From: Moniliella sp. 'wahieum'
Lineage: Eukaryota
Direction: 5' to 3'
Assembly (NCBI GenBank): GCA_003971905.1
Contig: RSEE01000038.1
Span: 124,001-188,000 of the forward strand
DNA length: 64,000 bases
The translations under genes were made by a program, and so were the position numbers. The notes under the pieces are model-generated. The model did not search any database, was not told where the DNA came from, and worked only from the letters and a program-made list of their open reading frames with translations. Below are positions 48,560-59,965 of the stretch, one piece after another (the stretch's first letter is position 1; every line of letters begins with the position of its first letter).

Positions 48560-50001
48560 TCACGCTGACCCTGCACACACGTGAAGATTTTCAGGAGCGG
48601 ATTGCCCTTCTTTGGAGCTGGCGCTTCCTGTTGCTCAGTGCTGGTTTGTGGTACCGTTGTGGCGGGGACGAAGTGTGACGTTGGCGTGCCTCTCCGGTGG
48701 TGGGATTGATGGCCGTCACAGCCGCCTCCTCTTCTACCTCGGGGGCACGGCCACCTGCAGGCGCAGATTCGCGCGGGGTCAGGTTCCTCCCGAAGGAGGC
48801 ATCGGTCCATTCAAAGCCAATGTGGCCGGGGGAGTACGCGACCGTTCGTTCCGCGCGGGCGAGAGGGGTTTGTTTGGGTCCTGCGGAGATTGGGGTGGGT
48901 GGGAAGGCCCAGCCGGGGGCCGGCAGCCAATGGAGCGGCTGCTTCCCTGTTCCGCCGTTCTCGCTCTTCCTCCCGCCGTTGCCGTTCGCGCTCGCGGTGG
49001 TTCATCACGCTCACCTCCCATCCCTTGCCCCCATTGAGCAAATTCCAGTCGTACACTCCATCCTCCACCTCGCCCATGGACTTGAGCACCTTGGTAAACA
49101 GTTCCCGCAAAAAGTCGTAATCGGGCGTCTCTTCAAACCCGAGCTTACGAACATAGTTGAGATAGATACCAAACTCCTCTGTCAGGAAATCAGTCAGAGG
49201 GTGATTAAATCACACAACCCACACCAACTTGGGAGTCGAAGTAAGGGCGAACGTACCAGGGAATCCTTGTGCCAGCTCGGCAATGGGCGTCGTTTGCTTT
49301 TCCCCAATCTTTTCGTATTTTTGTTTGTTGGTTGCGGCCTTGAGACCCTGCCAGGGCAATGAGCCGCGGAGAAAGTACATGAACACGTGCCCGAGCGACT
49401 CGAGGTCGTCCCTGCGCGACTGCTCCCGACCCAAATGAGTGTTGATCGACATGTATCGCGCCGTGCCAGAGAGAGATTTGCGTTCGCGATAAGGAATGTG
49501 CTGTTTGGTCTTCGGGTCGCGGTACAGCTTGGCCATGCCAAAGTCAACGAGATGAACCACGTTGGCCCCCTTGGTGTGGGGCCGACCAATGAGGAAGTTG
49601 TCAGGCTTGATGTCACGGTAAATGAGGTTCTTTTCGTGCACAGTCTGGATCCGAGTAATCATCTGCTTGGCAGTCATGACCACAGTCTTGATTGTGAACC
49701 GGCGGCCACACATATCGAACAAGTCCTCCAACGATGGACCCAGGAGATCAATGATGAGGATGTTGTGCAGACCCTCTTGGCCAAAATAGTAGACCTGGGG
49801 AATGCCAAAACATCCACTTAGGATCTTGTACGACCGGTACTCGTCCCGCAGCTGCGGCGCATCGCTCTTGCGCGGCTCGAACTTGATTGCGACAGTCTGA
49901 CTGTTGAGCAGGTTGGTGCCCTCGAAAATCACGCCAAACGAGCCCTCGCCGATCTTGCCGACCTTGTAGTGGACACCGACGACGCTGCTCGACGAGGACA
50001 T
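48560..50001 (-). CDS. Casein kinase I, Yck1/2-Cki (membrane-type) subfamily
   Basis: [102 protein letters not shown]; intron 49179-49256; [22 protein letters not shown]. The end assumes a 1-nt correction (see findings); the uncorrected frame runs to 48484. Confidence 0.95.
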
Positions 50002-51039
50002 AGGGTGTGGCTCCGAGAGGGGGTGACGAGGCGGTGAAGGCAGTGGCGGTGGCGGGCAGCGGCGGCAGCGCGGCGTTGGTGGGGGTGGGGTGTGGTGGTG
50101 GGTGGGGGGTGGAGGTCACACGTGGTCGCAGTGCCGTCGGATTGCCCGCAATGCATAATGCCACTCGCAGCGCCAGCTCCTTGCGTCGCCCGCGTGCCTA
50201 GAACCCATCGCCCTCCCACGGCGCCGCTCTTCCAGCTGCAAGCCTCACACCGCGCAAAGCCGTTGCGCACTGCCCGTGCTCCCTCGGCATCACCGGACAG
50301 GACGTGCCTGAAGAGTGACGAATCACCCTAGGTGACCGCTGACACGTGACATTGCTGGGTAAAATTGAAAAAAACAGGGTCTGATTACTGGCACTAGTTG
50401 GGCTTTCCCGCTGCCTGCCCAGACTGAAATTCTACAGCAACAACCTCGGCCTTGGCAGAGATCGGATCTACGCTGCAGCCAATACTCAGTGCTCACCCCT
50501 CCCCAACCGCCTTTTGCACCCCAACCACCGCACCCCTTGCCTTACAAGCGGACCGCTTGCTGCTGCCCGGTGTGCGCGTACGTGCTCACTTGGCAAAGAA
50601 CGGATGGGGATGGGGGCTTGGTGGTGCCCGCGTCGCACGAGAGAACGACCTCTGCTGACCGTCCAGGCGCGTAGGACAGGACCACACGGCGCATTACATT
50701 CCCCTGTCCCAGCCTTAAGCCCTGTCAATGATATGGATTCAAAAAGAAGTCATAAATGTACCAAGTATTTTGTACCTTCAAGAACGTCCGAGCAGTGTCT
50801 ATACTACCTGCGGGCTCTGAAGATCAGAAACGTCGTCGACGTGTCCATGGGCGAGACAATATCCGACAATCTGTGGTCCTCATATGCGCTCTCTCTGGGT
50901 CACTATAGCTACTACATACTACTACTCTTATTCTAGCACCATCGAATATTGTGCAAACGTCTTCGAGGGTACTTTTTTGCATTGCGATGAACTTGTGGGC
51001 TCGCCATTGAGAGGTCTTTATTGGAATGTAGGCACCGAA

Positions 51040-51985
51040 TCACTCAGCCTCAGAGTCTTCTGTGCGGTCGTCGTCCTCGCCATCAGCACCCTCTGGGCCA
51101 AAGAGGTTGACTGCAGAGCCTTCATTGTCCAGCGCATCCTCCTCGTGGGTTTGTTCCCGGGTTACTGCGGGGTGACGGTTAGGGTGACTTGTGCACGGGT
51201 CACACGCCAAGCGGTCCAAATTTGAGGGATTTACCTCGCGGAAGATGCGTGTCCACAATGCCCTCGAAATTTTCCCGTGCACTCAGTGGTATAGGTAGGT
51301 TGGGGCGATGAGTGAGAAAAGTCAGATGACCCGCTGGACGACAATGGGGTGGGGTTAGCTGAGAAAGTAGACCAGAAACTTATGAGGTTTGGGTCAACGC
51401 ACCTCGTTACCCACCTCTGGATGATGTTGGCTACGGCCCTGTTGATGATGGGTATAGTGTTTGGGGGATGCGTCGAGAGCGGTGGACGCTAGACCACCGT
51501 CAGCAATGTGGTCTGGCGAACATGCGACAGAATTCGACAATTCTTACCCACAGTGGCACGGCCGTGACCTTGGGCGTTGTCTGCGTTTTATCTGATCTGA
51601 TGAGACCTGCAGTCAAGATGTTCCTCGAGGGTGCATGATGCAATCGCACTGGTGGTGGTGGTGGTCTAAGCCAACCAGCAAACGCCTACAGAGATGAACA
51701 TCAAGCAGCGATGAATCGCCACCAGGGGCTAAGCTGCGGAACAAAAGGAAAAACAGGAGAGAGAAAACAACGGAACTCCCAGGCCTGAGGAGGATCTGGA
51801 GGGACATTGGCCAAAGCACCATGAGCCACCCGGTTGTGGCTCAACATCATCGACATCTTCCGGATCAGTTGCCTATATGCGCCTTCATCGATCATCGTCA
51901 TCTGTCACTGTTTCACGGACCGTCCGGATGCGGGCGAGGAGGCGAAACCGGATGGAGGGGGATCGTCCACGTCCGATTCATTCAT
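51040..51985 (-). CDS. Orphan multi-exon gene or pseudogene (copy A of the inverted pair)
   Basis: ATG at 51985 (MNESDVDDPP..IRFRLLARIRTVRETVTDDD). Canonical introns at 51489-51547 (GTAAGA/GCTGAC/TAG), 51334-51402 (GTGCGT/GCTAAC/CAG) and 51165-51234 (GTAAAT/CCTAAC/CAG). Acidic last exon ..EEDALDNEG..DDDRTEDSEAE*. Confidence 0.5.
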
Positions 51986-53050
51986 TTGAGCGATACCTGA
52001 CGGCCTGCTCGCTTGCTGTTGGCGGCGCACAAGTGTGTGGGCTGTGCACCGGCGATTATATTGCTGCGTCGGCGAAAAGTGCTCGCACGAGCATTACTCG
52101 TACGGGCTTTTGCGCTTACTATGTTGGAACACGGCGAGACACGCTGGTGGGGAGTGTGTGTGGAAAGAGGCAGGACCAGGGGAGTTGGCTGCCTCTGAGA
52201 CAAGTGTGGGCTACAGTGTGGGGGTGGAGCAGATTGCGCCACTCGCATGCGGGGGGATCCATGCAACGCACTAGGCAAGTTTTTTTTGCAGCTGGCTGGA
52301 TTGGGCTAGCCAGGGGCGTAACCGAAGGAGCATTTTGGTGGGGTGGCTTGGTAGTGCAGGGAAAAATCGAGTCGCACATAAAACTAGCAATGTATCGACA
52401 CTGAGGTGCTGGAGTCCCTGCTCCTCCAACTCCTGCTTCAGCTATATCGACTGCAAAAATGCCTCGCGAGAATCCCACCCCCTATTGGATGTGCACCGGA
52501 TGTGGATACCCACAGTACTCGGCTTTTCGACACAGGGACATCCGACGTCACCAGTGTACAACGGGGCACAGCGGGTCGCGTGCAATAGACACGTTGGAAT
52601 ACTTCACACTGCAGCAGGCATGGTCCGAGGACTCTGCGCGCCAGCAACACGCCAGCACGACCTCAGCTGGTTCCAACCGGCGAGCGGACCACCATCTCTA
52701 CTGACCCGCCTGACAATATGTCAGACATGGCCTCCCCTGAGTTGCCCGTTGGGCCCCCTCTGGATCGCCCCCTGGGTCTCCCACGCAGAATGCGTCCAAC
52801 AAAGAAAGTGCAACGCTCGTGCAGGCAATGCTGGTGCAAACACCTCTCGCCGACGTAGCAATATCGCCGGTGCAGCCCACACCGCACCACCAAGATAAAG
52901 CGAGGTCGTCAGGCAGCCCAAATGGACCAGTCGGACGCGGACGAGCCCCCCGCCATCCGGCCTCGGCCCCCCGCCCGCATCCAGACGGTCCCTGAAACAG
53001 CGGCAGATAACGATGAAGGCGCAGAGGCAACTGATCCAAAAGATGTTGAT
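51849..53050. repeat. Diverged inverted repeat: arms about 51849-52128 and about 52795-53050, spacer about 670 bp
   Basis: Reverse complement of the left arm: atgaatgaatcggacgtggacgatccccctccatccgg...cccgcatccggacggtccgtgaaacagtgacagatgacg...gatgaaggcgca..aggcaactgatccggaagatgtcgat. Right arm: atggaccagtcggacgcggacgagccccccgccatccgg...cccgcatccagacggtccctgaaacagcggcagataacgatgaaggcgcagaggcaactgatccaaaagatgttgat. About 130 bp upstream of each ATG also align. Confidence 0.9.
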
Positions 53051-53398
53051 CAAGATAACGCAGGCAACGCACAAGGTCACGCCCGTCGTGCCACTGGCGT
53101 CATGCGGAATTCCATGGATCAACGTGAGCTCGAAGCCGCGGAAGCCTTGGTGCAAGAGATTGAAAGTCTGCGTGATGAATGTCGGAACTCCCTACGCATC
53201 CTCAGGAGTGAATTCCACGCCGGCCTCCAACAGAACGAGAGGTTAATGCGTGTACTATTGGAAACGTTTTCCGATCAGGCCCTGCGTCGCGAGCATGCCC
53301 TGATGGACCGCATCACAGAATTAATGGACATTGGGGCGATCGGAACACTCATCAATGACCTTATGGAGCGGTTCCGCATCCTGGACACTAGGGCATAA
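52922..53398 (+). CDS. Orphan 158-aa protein with acidic N-terminus and helical/coiled-coil C-terminus (copy B of the inverted pair)
   Basis: Uninterrupted ORF MDQSDADEPPAIRPRPPARIQTVPET...ELEAAEALVQEIESLRDECRNSLRILRSEF; the N-terminus is homologous to copy A. Confidence 0.55.
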   Translation: MDQSDADEPPAIRPRPPARIQTVPETAADNDEGAEATDPKDVDQDNAGNAQGHARRATGVMRNSMDQRELEAAEALVQEIESLRDECRNSLRILRSEFHAGLQQNERLMRVLLETFSDQALRREHALMDRITELMDIGAIGTLINDLMERFRILDTRA

Positions 53399-54306
53399 TA
53401 AGAGCAAGACCACAGTTGATCTGGTTAATATCACGACGATGAGGTATCATACATCACAGTATGGCGCTGCTTCTCTCGCAGAGGAAAAATCCTTTTCATA
53501 TCAGAAACTGCAGTTCCGTCTCGCCAGCCTATCCGGATCGGCACCCATGAGTTAACACCACCTTGGATTCGTTCCCCTCGTTGTCCGGCTTCACGTCGAA
53601 ATGTGCGCGGAGCTGCTACGGATCCGGATGTGGTTTACCTGTTTTTCTACTGAAGATCCTGGTGGGGAGAAGCGCTTATATGGGCGGTTTATTGGTGCGA
53701 GGATATCTGTCTGCCCAGGCGTTACTCCATGCGATGGAACCAACTATACAACGGGGGAGAGGCTCGCTGGTCCTTCTTCCACTGATCCTGTCCCTGTCTC
53801 TTTTCGTCACTCTCAAACAAAGAATAAATGGTGGGATTTGGAACGTGATGTACCACTAGTACTAGGACATACCGAGTATATATGGACAAACGAATGTACC
53901 GCACAAAAGCAGTGCCTGAGAACCGGATCGACATGTTCGAAAAACAAATCCTCCATCCAGGTTCTTCCCCGAGCTCGACGAGAGCGAAAACAAAACTAGC
54001 AACTCGCACACAGAAGGTAAGTGACAGCGAAATGGGGTATGCCAATGGGGGAACGGGGGACCCGCACATGTAGAGTGGAACATGTGTTTACAGATGAACT
54101 TCCATCTTCACTGGGCAGGCGCTATAACATGGTGGGTCAGGCATATGATGAAGATGAGGAAGGTGGCATGGCCATAAAAAAGGGTGCGAAGTGAATGCAG
54201 AGGAGGGGGGGAGGGAGGTAGGGGCGATATGGGTCCGAAATCGACAATACAGAGATGAGATCCTATAGATCTGGGATCCAAGTTGAGGGAGGAGGCAACA
54301 CGGAGA

Positions 54307-56035
54307 TTAAAAACCTCCCAGCGGGAGAAACCTGAAGGCAGCGAGACAAAAGCGCAGCAGAGCACAAATGAGTGTGGGGGTAGAGAAGCAAGGAAACGTG
54401 CGTTGGTCAAACTTCACGACCGGAACCAATTCAGCTTTCCCACGGGGCTGTGGGAGCGCGCGCGAGCTGCCAGGGGGAAGAGGAGACGAAGCGCGGGGGG
54501 GCGGCGCAGTGTGGACAGTGTACGTTGTTCCCCTTGGGAAGCGGTGTGAACGGCATGAGGCAGGAGGAGAGAGTGGGGCGGCGGCAACGTGGCCAAGATT
54601 GTGCAGCCGGCTACTAGCCCGTTTGTCACCATGCTGCAACGCGCGCGCGTACCATGCTTTTGCATGCGCCGCATCCTTCTGCACCCCGACCCCAGTCTCG
54701 GAAAAGTAGCCTACGGCATACTCGGCCTTGGTCAGCCCCTGCTCCGCTGCCTTCTTGGCCCAGAGGTAAGCCTCTGATCGGACTGGGGCAGAATACCAGG
54801 GACTCCCACGAGGTACCACCCACACAGGGCAAAGCATGCTTCCGCGTGATCCTTTTGCGCGGCAATGTTGTACATATGAATCGACAAGCCGGGTTCAGGC
54901 GTGCATCCCATCCGGCCGTACTAGTAGTTCAAGCCCATCTTGTACGCACTTGGTGCGTAGCCCAATTGCGGCCCGGGTCAGGATTGGCATGCGTATCCAT
55001 GATCCAAAAACACCACATTATCAATCCCGCGTTGGTGAAGCATAGCCAGTTCGTGACCGCCTCGGGGTACTCCTCTGTAGCCAGTCGGCCGCCAACTTGA
55101 TCCACTTGACGCCACCTTTGGCGTTCTTGCTGAGCCCCAGGTCGCCATTGAGTTCGGCAGTGCCGAGGCGGAACATGGCGCCAGGGTGACCCTCGGCGGC
55201 GGCCTTGCGAAAGAGCCGGAGGGCTTTGTGGTTGCTTTGCATCACGCCTTGCCCCTTTCGGTAAGTTGAGCAGCACATAGGCCGCATGAGCGTGGCCATG
55301 TTTGGAGGCCAACACATAAAGGGGATATGCCTTGTCGTACTGCGCCTTGCCATTGCCCAGGCCGCGAACATAACAATCGGCAAGGAAATACTGCGCTTCG
55401 GCATGACCGCGGTCCGAGATCTTGCGCAACAGCGCCATTGCCTCTTTGAGCAGCTCTGGCTGCTCACTCGGTTCGCAGGTAGCCGCAGTCTCGACCATGA
55501 GGACCGCCAGGTCGTACATCAGATTGGGATCTTGCACTTTGGCTGCGTTTTGACGGTAGAGCGCCAACGTCTTGTCGTGGCTCAAGCGCGCGGCCTGGTC
55601 GCCCGGCTGGAGAAGCAGACTACTTTGATGGAACATCAGGCTAGGCGAGACGGGGAGAGAAGTCGTTGAGGGTAGACTGCCGACCGTGCTGCTCGTCCTC
55701 GAGCGTGCTTGGGAAGGGAGGGAGACAAGACAGGAGCAGACGGAGGGGAGAGCGTAGCGCCACGGACTGGGATGGTCAATGCGGGGCGCGGGGCACGGCC
55801 GCGCTGCTGCTTGGGGGCGAGGGGGAGGTTGGGCTAGGCTCCTGGTCCCTCGCGCCGGAAAGAGACGGGGTAGCGGTGCTGGCAGGTGACCGGTGCTGGG
55901 GCGACACGGGGGGATGGGGCACGGAAGTTGGGCCAGGCGACGGTTGGACATAGAAGCTATTGGGCCGGGGGTGCGGACGAGGCGATGGGGGGAGTTGGCC
56001 ATGGGCATGGCAGAGGCAACGGCGGGGGCGGCCAT
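54307..56035 (-). CDS. Sel1-repeat protein, chitin synthase activator (Skt5/Chs4-like)
   Basis: LSHDKTLALYRQNAAKVQDP; LLKEAMALLRKISDRGHAEAQYFLADCY; ASKHGHAHAAY; GHPGAMFRLGTAELNGDLGL; AAQKDHAEACFALCGWYLVG..ILPQSDQEAYLWAKKAAEQGLTKAEYAVGYFSETGVG; GDKRA. The 3' end is uncertain. Confidence 0.9.
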
Positions 56036-56259
56036 GGTGGTGGGGGGCAGGACAAAAGAGCGTGGTGGGGATGGGGAGAAGAGAGCGGCGGGTGGTGGAG
56101 GCGGTTGGAGGGAAGAAGCGCTGGCTGCTGCAAAATAGAAGGTGTGGCGCGGTGGCTTCCCAAGGAATGGACAACGCAGCGTCTTGGATGAATGAAAAAT
56201 GCTGATGATCGGTGTTTGCAGACCGCCGTGCGGTGCCGAGGAGGATCTGAGTCTAGGCT

Positions 56260-57845
56260 AACGGCCTGAGCGTAAGGCGTAAGGCGTAAGGCGCAACGCC
56301 TGGTGCCTAACGCCCAAAATAGTTAACGTTAAACACCAGGTGGGGGAGTTCTCCCCACCAGCCGCAGCCTGCCGCAGCAGCCGAGGCAGGCACACTCTGG
56401 CGCCATGCCCCCGCACATCCGACTGGCGAGCACTGCTCTGGCCACCGGTTGGCCCCGGTGGCTGCCAGTGGGCCCCGTGCATCTTCCATCGACACGCCCA
56501 GCACCCGTCCTGCGCCGGGCCCGAGCAGTGCTTAAAGCGATTCACCATTCACCACTCAACGCATTCACCCACCATCACATGTCACAGATCGCGCGCCGCA
56601 TTGTCACACTTCCCATCGACACTGGCCCCATGCTTCCCCTCCCACGGCGGAGAGTGCCAATCGATCGGCTTTCCCAGCCAACGCCCTGCTGCTGCCGTCC
56701 CGTGCTTGTCTTCCCCTTGGCGCAGGCTGCATGGCACGGGCAGGGTTACGCGGTTACGGCAGTGCACGGCAGGAGGCAGGACACGGCACGATGCAGTGAT
56801 GCATGATGCTAAGATGCATGATGCCGATGATGCACGGGACGGATGTCGATGGTCGATGCCGGTGGTCGATGATGCATGATGTATGGGACAGCTGCAACGC
56901 CAGGCACGCGTGCGCGTTGGGGCTGCAGCTGGGCAAACCGAATGCCGATCCTTCCTCGGGTCACAATGTGGCGGGGGGCAGCTACTTCAACCACCACACG
57001 GCGCCTGTGTCCTCGTGCTGCCGATCGTCCTGCGGAGTTCGTGCAACACCGCAGCAACCGCAGTACTAGTAGGCAACCGGCGGGGGGGGCATCTGCCTCC
57101 AAACCTCTGAGATCTGAATCTGATTAGCTGGCCAGCGTCGCTCGTCCACTCGCCCTACCCCATTAATCCACCGCTTCAACCATTCCATCGTTGTAGAAGA
57201 CCAGAGAGCAGGCAGTTGGTGGTGGATTGCATTGCCCCTCAGCGCAGGAACTATTACAGAGAGGCTAGAGAGCATTCCTGCCTCTTGCCCTCCAGGGAGG
57301 AATCCTGGAAGGCATACCGCAAGGATCCGGGCTTGCGCTACCAGCGCCACTCCACCAGTGTCTAGTGTGGCGCCACGATAGCCCCTAGCCTTCCCTAGCT
57401 CTCTGGCCTGTGGGCGCCACGACTGTGCGGACGGCGTCGGCGCTTTTTAGGCCTGTTTAGCTATGGCATTTCAGGCCTTATTATGGGTTTGCCGGTTACC
57501 GCTTACCGGCTACCGGCCATTAAGCTCATTAAGTTCCTTCACTCATTTTGCGGGAGAAGAGATTGGGCAATGACCTTAATGACCCTGAGGCCCTGAGGCC
57601 TCAGACTGAGGCTCAATCATGCTATTCTTTGTCCACTGGGCCACCACAGTGAGTGGATCGGATGGTTGATCCCCTCACGCCGCTTTCACATCTCGGTCCC
57701 TTCCTTGCGACGACGACGACCGAGGACAGGAGTTGCGGTGCGGGGACGCCAGGGGACGCCACGTACCATGCGATAGAAAACAAGCCCATTCCAAGTAAAG
57801 CAACAAGCTTCAAGGCTTGAAGCTTGACGCATGAAGCTTTATTGC
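56260..57845. repeat. Heptamer-register micro-arrays upstream of the Sel1 gene
   Basis: (gcgtaag)x3 about 56270-56291; gttaacgttaa; tgatgcatgatgc..gatgcatgatg (56797-56880); ccggttaccgcttaccgg; ctgaggccctgaggcctcag; aagcttcaaggcttgaagcttga (57805-57828). Confidence 0.7.
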
Positions 57846-58124
57846 GCCACGCAGCCATGTGACGCCTGTATGCAAACGCCTTGGCGGCTTTCTTTGGCAA
57901 TTCCTCTTCGTTTCTCTTCACCATTTCTTCCTCCTCTCTTTCTTGCGTTCTCAATAACTGAGTGTTTGAATCAATATTCGCGGGTTGCTTCAACCTTTTC
58001 GAGGCGAGGAGCCCCAGCCACAAAGGTCAAGCCCTGCGGCCTTGCTCTAGGGACGCTTATCCATCCAATTCAATCAATTCAACAAGGTTGAAGTGAAAAC
58101 GGATGGCATTCATTGCCATCGAAC

Positions 58125-59498
58125 CTACTCCCAGATCAAGTTCCCCCGCGAATCGACCTGAGCGCGCTGGCCATTGGATGGCTGCTTCCTCGAACCTTGA
58201 GCAAGACGGAGCAAGGTGGCTTGATCCAGCGGCTTATTGGCCGCGGATGCAAACCCCGTTTTCTTGGGGGGTACTGGTGCCGCCCGAGCCCTTCGATGCG
58301 CCGCCAATGCCGCTACCCGCTCTTTCTCTGCCTCCTCCCGGGCCAGCTTGGCCGCTTCCCGCTTGGCCGCATTCTGTCTCTGCTTCTTGGTCGGCTCAGA
58401 GGGGGGAGGGGCTCTGGCCCGCTGCACGCTCTGGTTCGGCGAATGCGAAGCAGAGCCAATCTTGATCACCCGGGCCGGACCGCGCGGGGACCCTTGGGCA
58501 GCCTCGCCTTCCTCGGGCAACATGGCAAATGCGTTGCGGCTGGAAAACCGAGGCGCCGATCCAGAGTTGCTCGAGTTGCCAGAGGGAGCACTGGCGCGCG
58601 TTCCGCGCGTAGGCACACTTTCCCACTCGGCTGGGGCTGCCACTGGACGTACCGTCACCGGCGGCGGCGCGAAGAATTCCGAGGGATGCAGTTGCGCCGC
58701 TGGCTTGGTCTTTTTGCCCCGCCCCGTCGTCCGTCCGGCCCCACGTTTGGCTTCGCCCGCCCGCGTCGACGGGGGCTGAACTTCGTCTTGTTCCTCCTCC
58801 ACATCGCTGTCTTCCTCCTCTTCCTCTGAATCACGCCCGGAAGTGGGCTCCTGCGTCTCGACGTTGTCCCAGGCCGCGTCCGCCGTCCAGCTCGGTTGAG
58901 TATCTCTGCCCCAATCAATTGGCTCCTCTTGGACTGCGGGAACAGAGGGTGGAGCAAGGGGCGTGGCAGGTGTAGGTGTAGGTACAGGTGCAGGTGCAGG
59001 TGCAGGTGCATGCGAAGGAGCAGGAACCTCTTCCTTCTTGGTCTCGCTGGGCTTGAGGGGTGTCTTTTTGGAGCGCTTCGTCTTTCCCGAACGTGAGGTC
59101 TGCCACTCCCCTTCCGTCGCGAGGGAGGTGGGGTGCGGGACAGGGGCAGGGGGAGGCGAAGAGGAAGGCGCAAGGGCAGTAGGGAAGGCACCAGGCGCCA
59201 ACGCAGGAGTTGAAGACGTATCTGGATCCAATGTTCCCGCTATTGGCCCAGCGGCAGTCGACTTTTTCTTGTGCTTGTTCTTCTTTCCCTTTGGTTTGGG
59301 CCGTTCTTCTTCCCAGCCAGCTTCTGGCTTGTCGGGGATCGAGGGTGGCGCCACGCTGGCCCGCTTGGCCGCTAGACGCCTCTTCTTCTTTTGCGACTTG
59401 CTGAGCGTGGGCGCGGTGGCGCGCCGCTGTGCATAGAACAGTCCTAAGGGGATCGCAGCAAGGAGCAACAAGAGCGGCCAAACCGTCGAGCTGGACAT
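58125..59498 (-). CDS. Hypothetical membrane-anchored, largely disordered protein
   Basis: Uninterrupted ORF with N-terminal TM segment VWPLLLLLAAIPLGLFYA followed by basic tracts (SKSQKKKRR, KGKKNKHKKK), PA repeats and an acidic tract. C-terminal PTKKQRQNAAKREAAKLAREEAEKERVAALAAHRR; ends ..GNLIWE*. Confidence 0.75.
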   Translation of the reverse strand: MSSSTVWPLLLLLAAIPLGLFYAQRRATAPTLSKSQKKKRRLAAKRASVAPPSIPDKPEAGWEEERPKPKGKKNKHKKKSTAAGPIAGTLDPDTSSTPALAPGAFPTALAPSSSPPPAPVPHPTSLATEGEWQTSRSGKTKRSKKTPLKPSETKKEEVPAPSHAPAPAPAPVPTPTPATPLAPPSVPAVQEEPIDWGRDTQPSWTADAAWDNVETQEPTSGRDSEEEEEDSDVEEEQDEVQPPSTRAGEAKRGAGRTTGRGKKTKPAAQLHPSEFFAPPPVTVRPVAAPAEWESVPTRGTRASAPSGNSSNSGSAPRFSSRNAFAMLPEEGEAAQGSPRGPARVIKIGSASHSPNQSVQRARAPPPSEPTKKQRQNAAKREAAKLAREEAEKERVAALAAHRRARAAPVPPKKTGFASAANKPLDQATLLRLAQGSRKQPSNGQRAQVDSRGNLIWE

Positions 59499-59965
59499 GG
59501 TGAACAGATGGGCAATGCGCAACACGCTCAACCTCAACGGCTCGAGGGGGGAGAAGAGGGTGTGAGCTTGGCGTAAAGAAGCCCGCAAGCTGGGGCTCAG
59601 CTGCGGTAAAGTGAACTGAGGTGGCTTCGCGCTTCGGCCCTCCACGTGGTGGACGGACATTGCAAAAGTGAAACGTGAAATTGTGGGCTCGGAGTACGGA
59701 GTACGGAGTAGACAATACTTGCAATGTTCATCACAGAGCTCGGAGATGGTTGGTAGGCGGAGCTGCTGCTTTGGACTTTCCCCACGGCGGACAAAAGGCC
59801 GGGCGGCAGACTAATAAGCTACTGGCCAGGTTGTGAGACAAAAGGGGAGGCCAGTTACTAAGGCGTCGCTGTCGCTGATCAAGGACGCCGTCAACAGGCC
59901 CTTGCCGGCATCTCGACCACCACCCGCCTCTCCGGCTAGCTCCCTCCCCCCCCCAAACGAACAAA

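Noticed and set aside
53410..53445. TPP riboswitch-like ttgatctggttaat
   Set aside because: It lacks the upstream CTGAGA motif and the P1-P5 pairing, and there is no thiamine-related gene or intron context.
58965..59010. (GGTGCA/GGTGTA)n hexamer repeat
   Set aside because: It simply encodes the Pro-Ala/Pro-Thr linker of the 58.1-59.5 kb protein.
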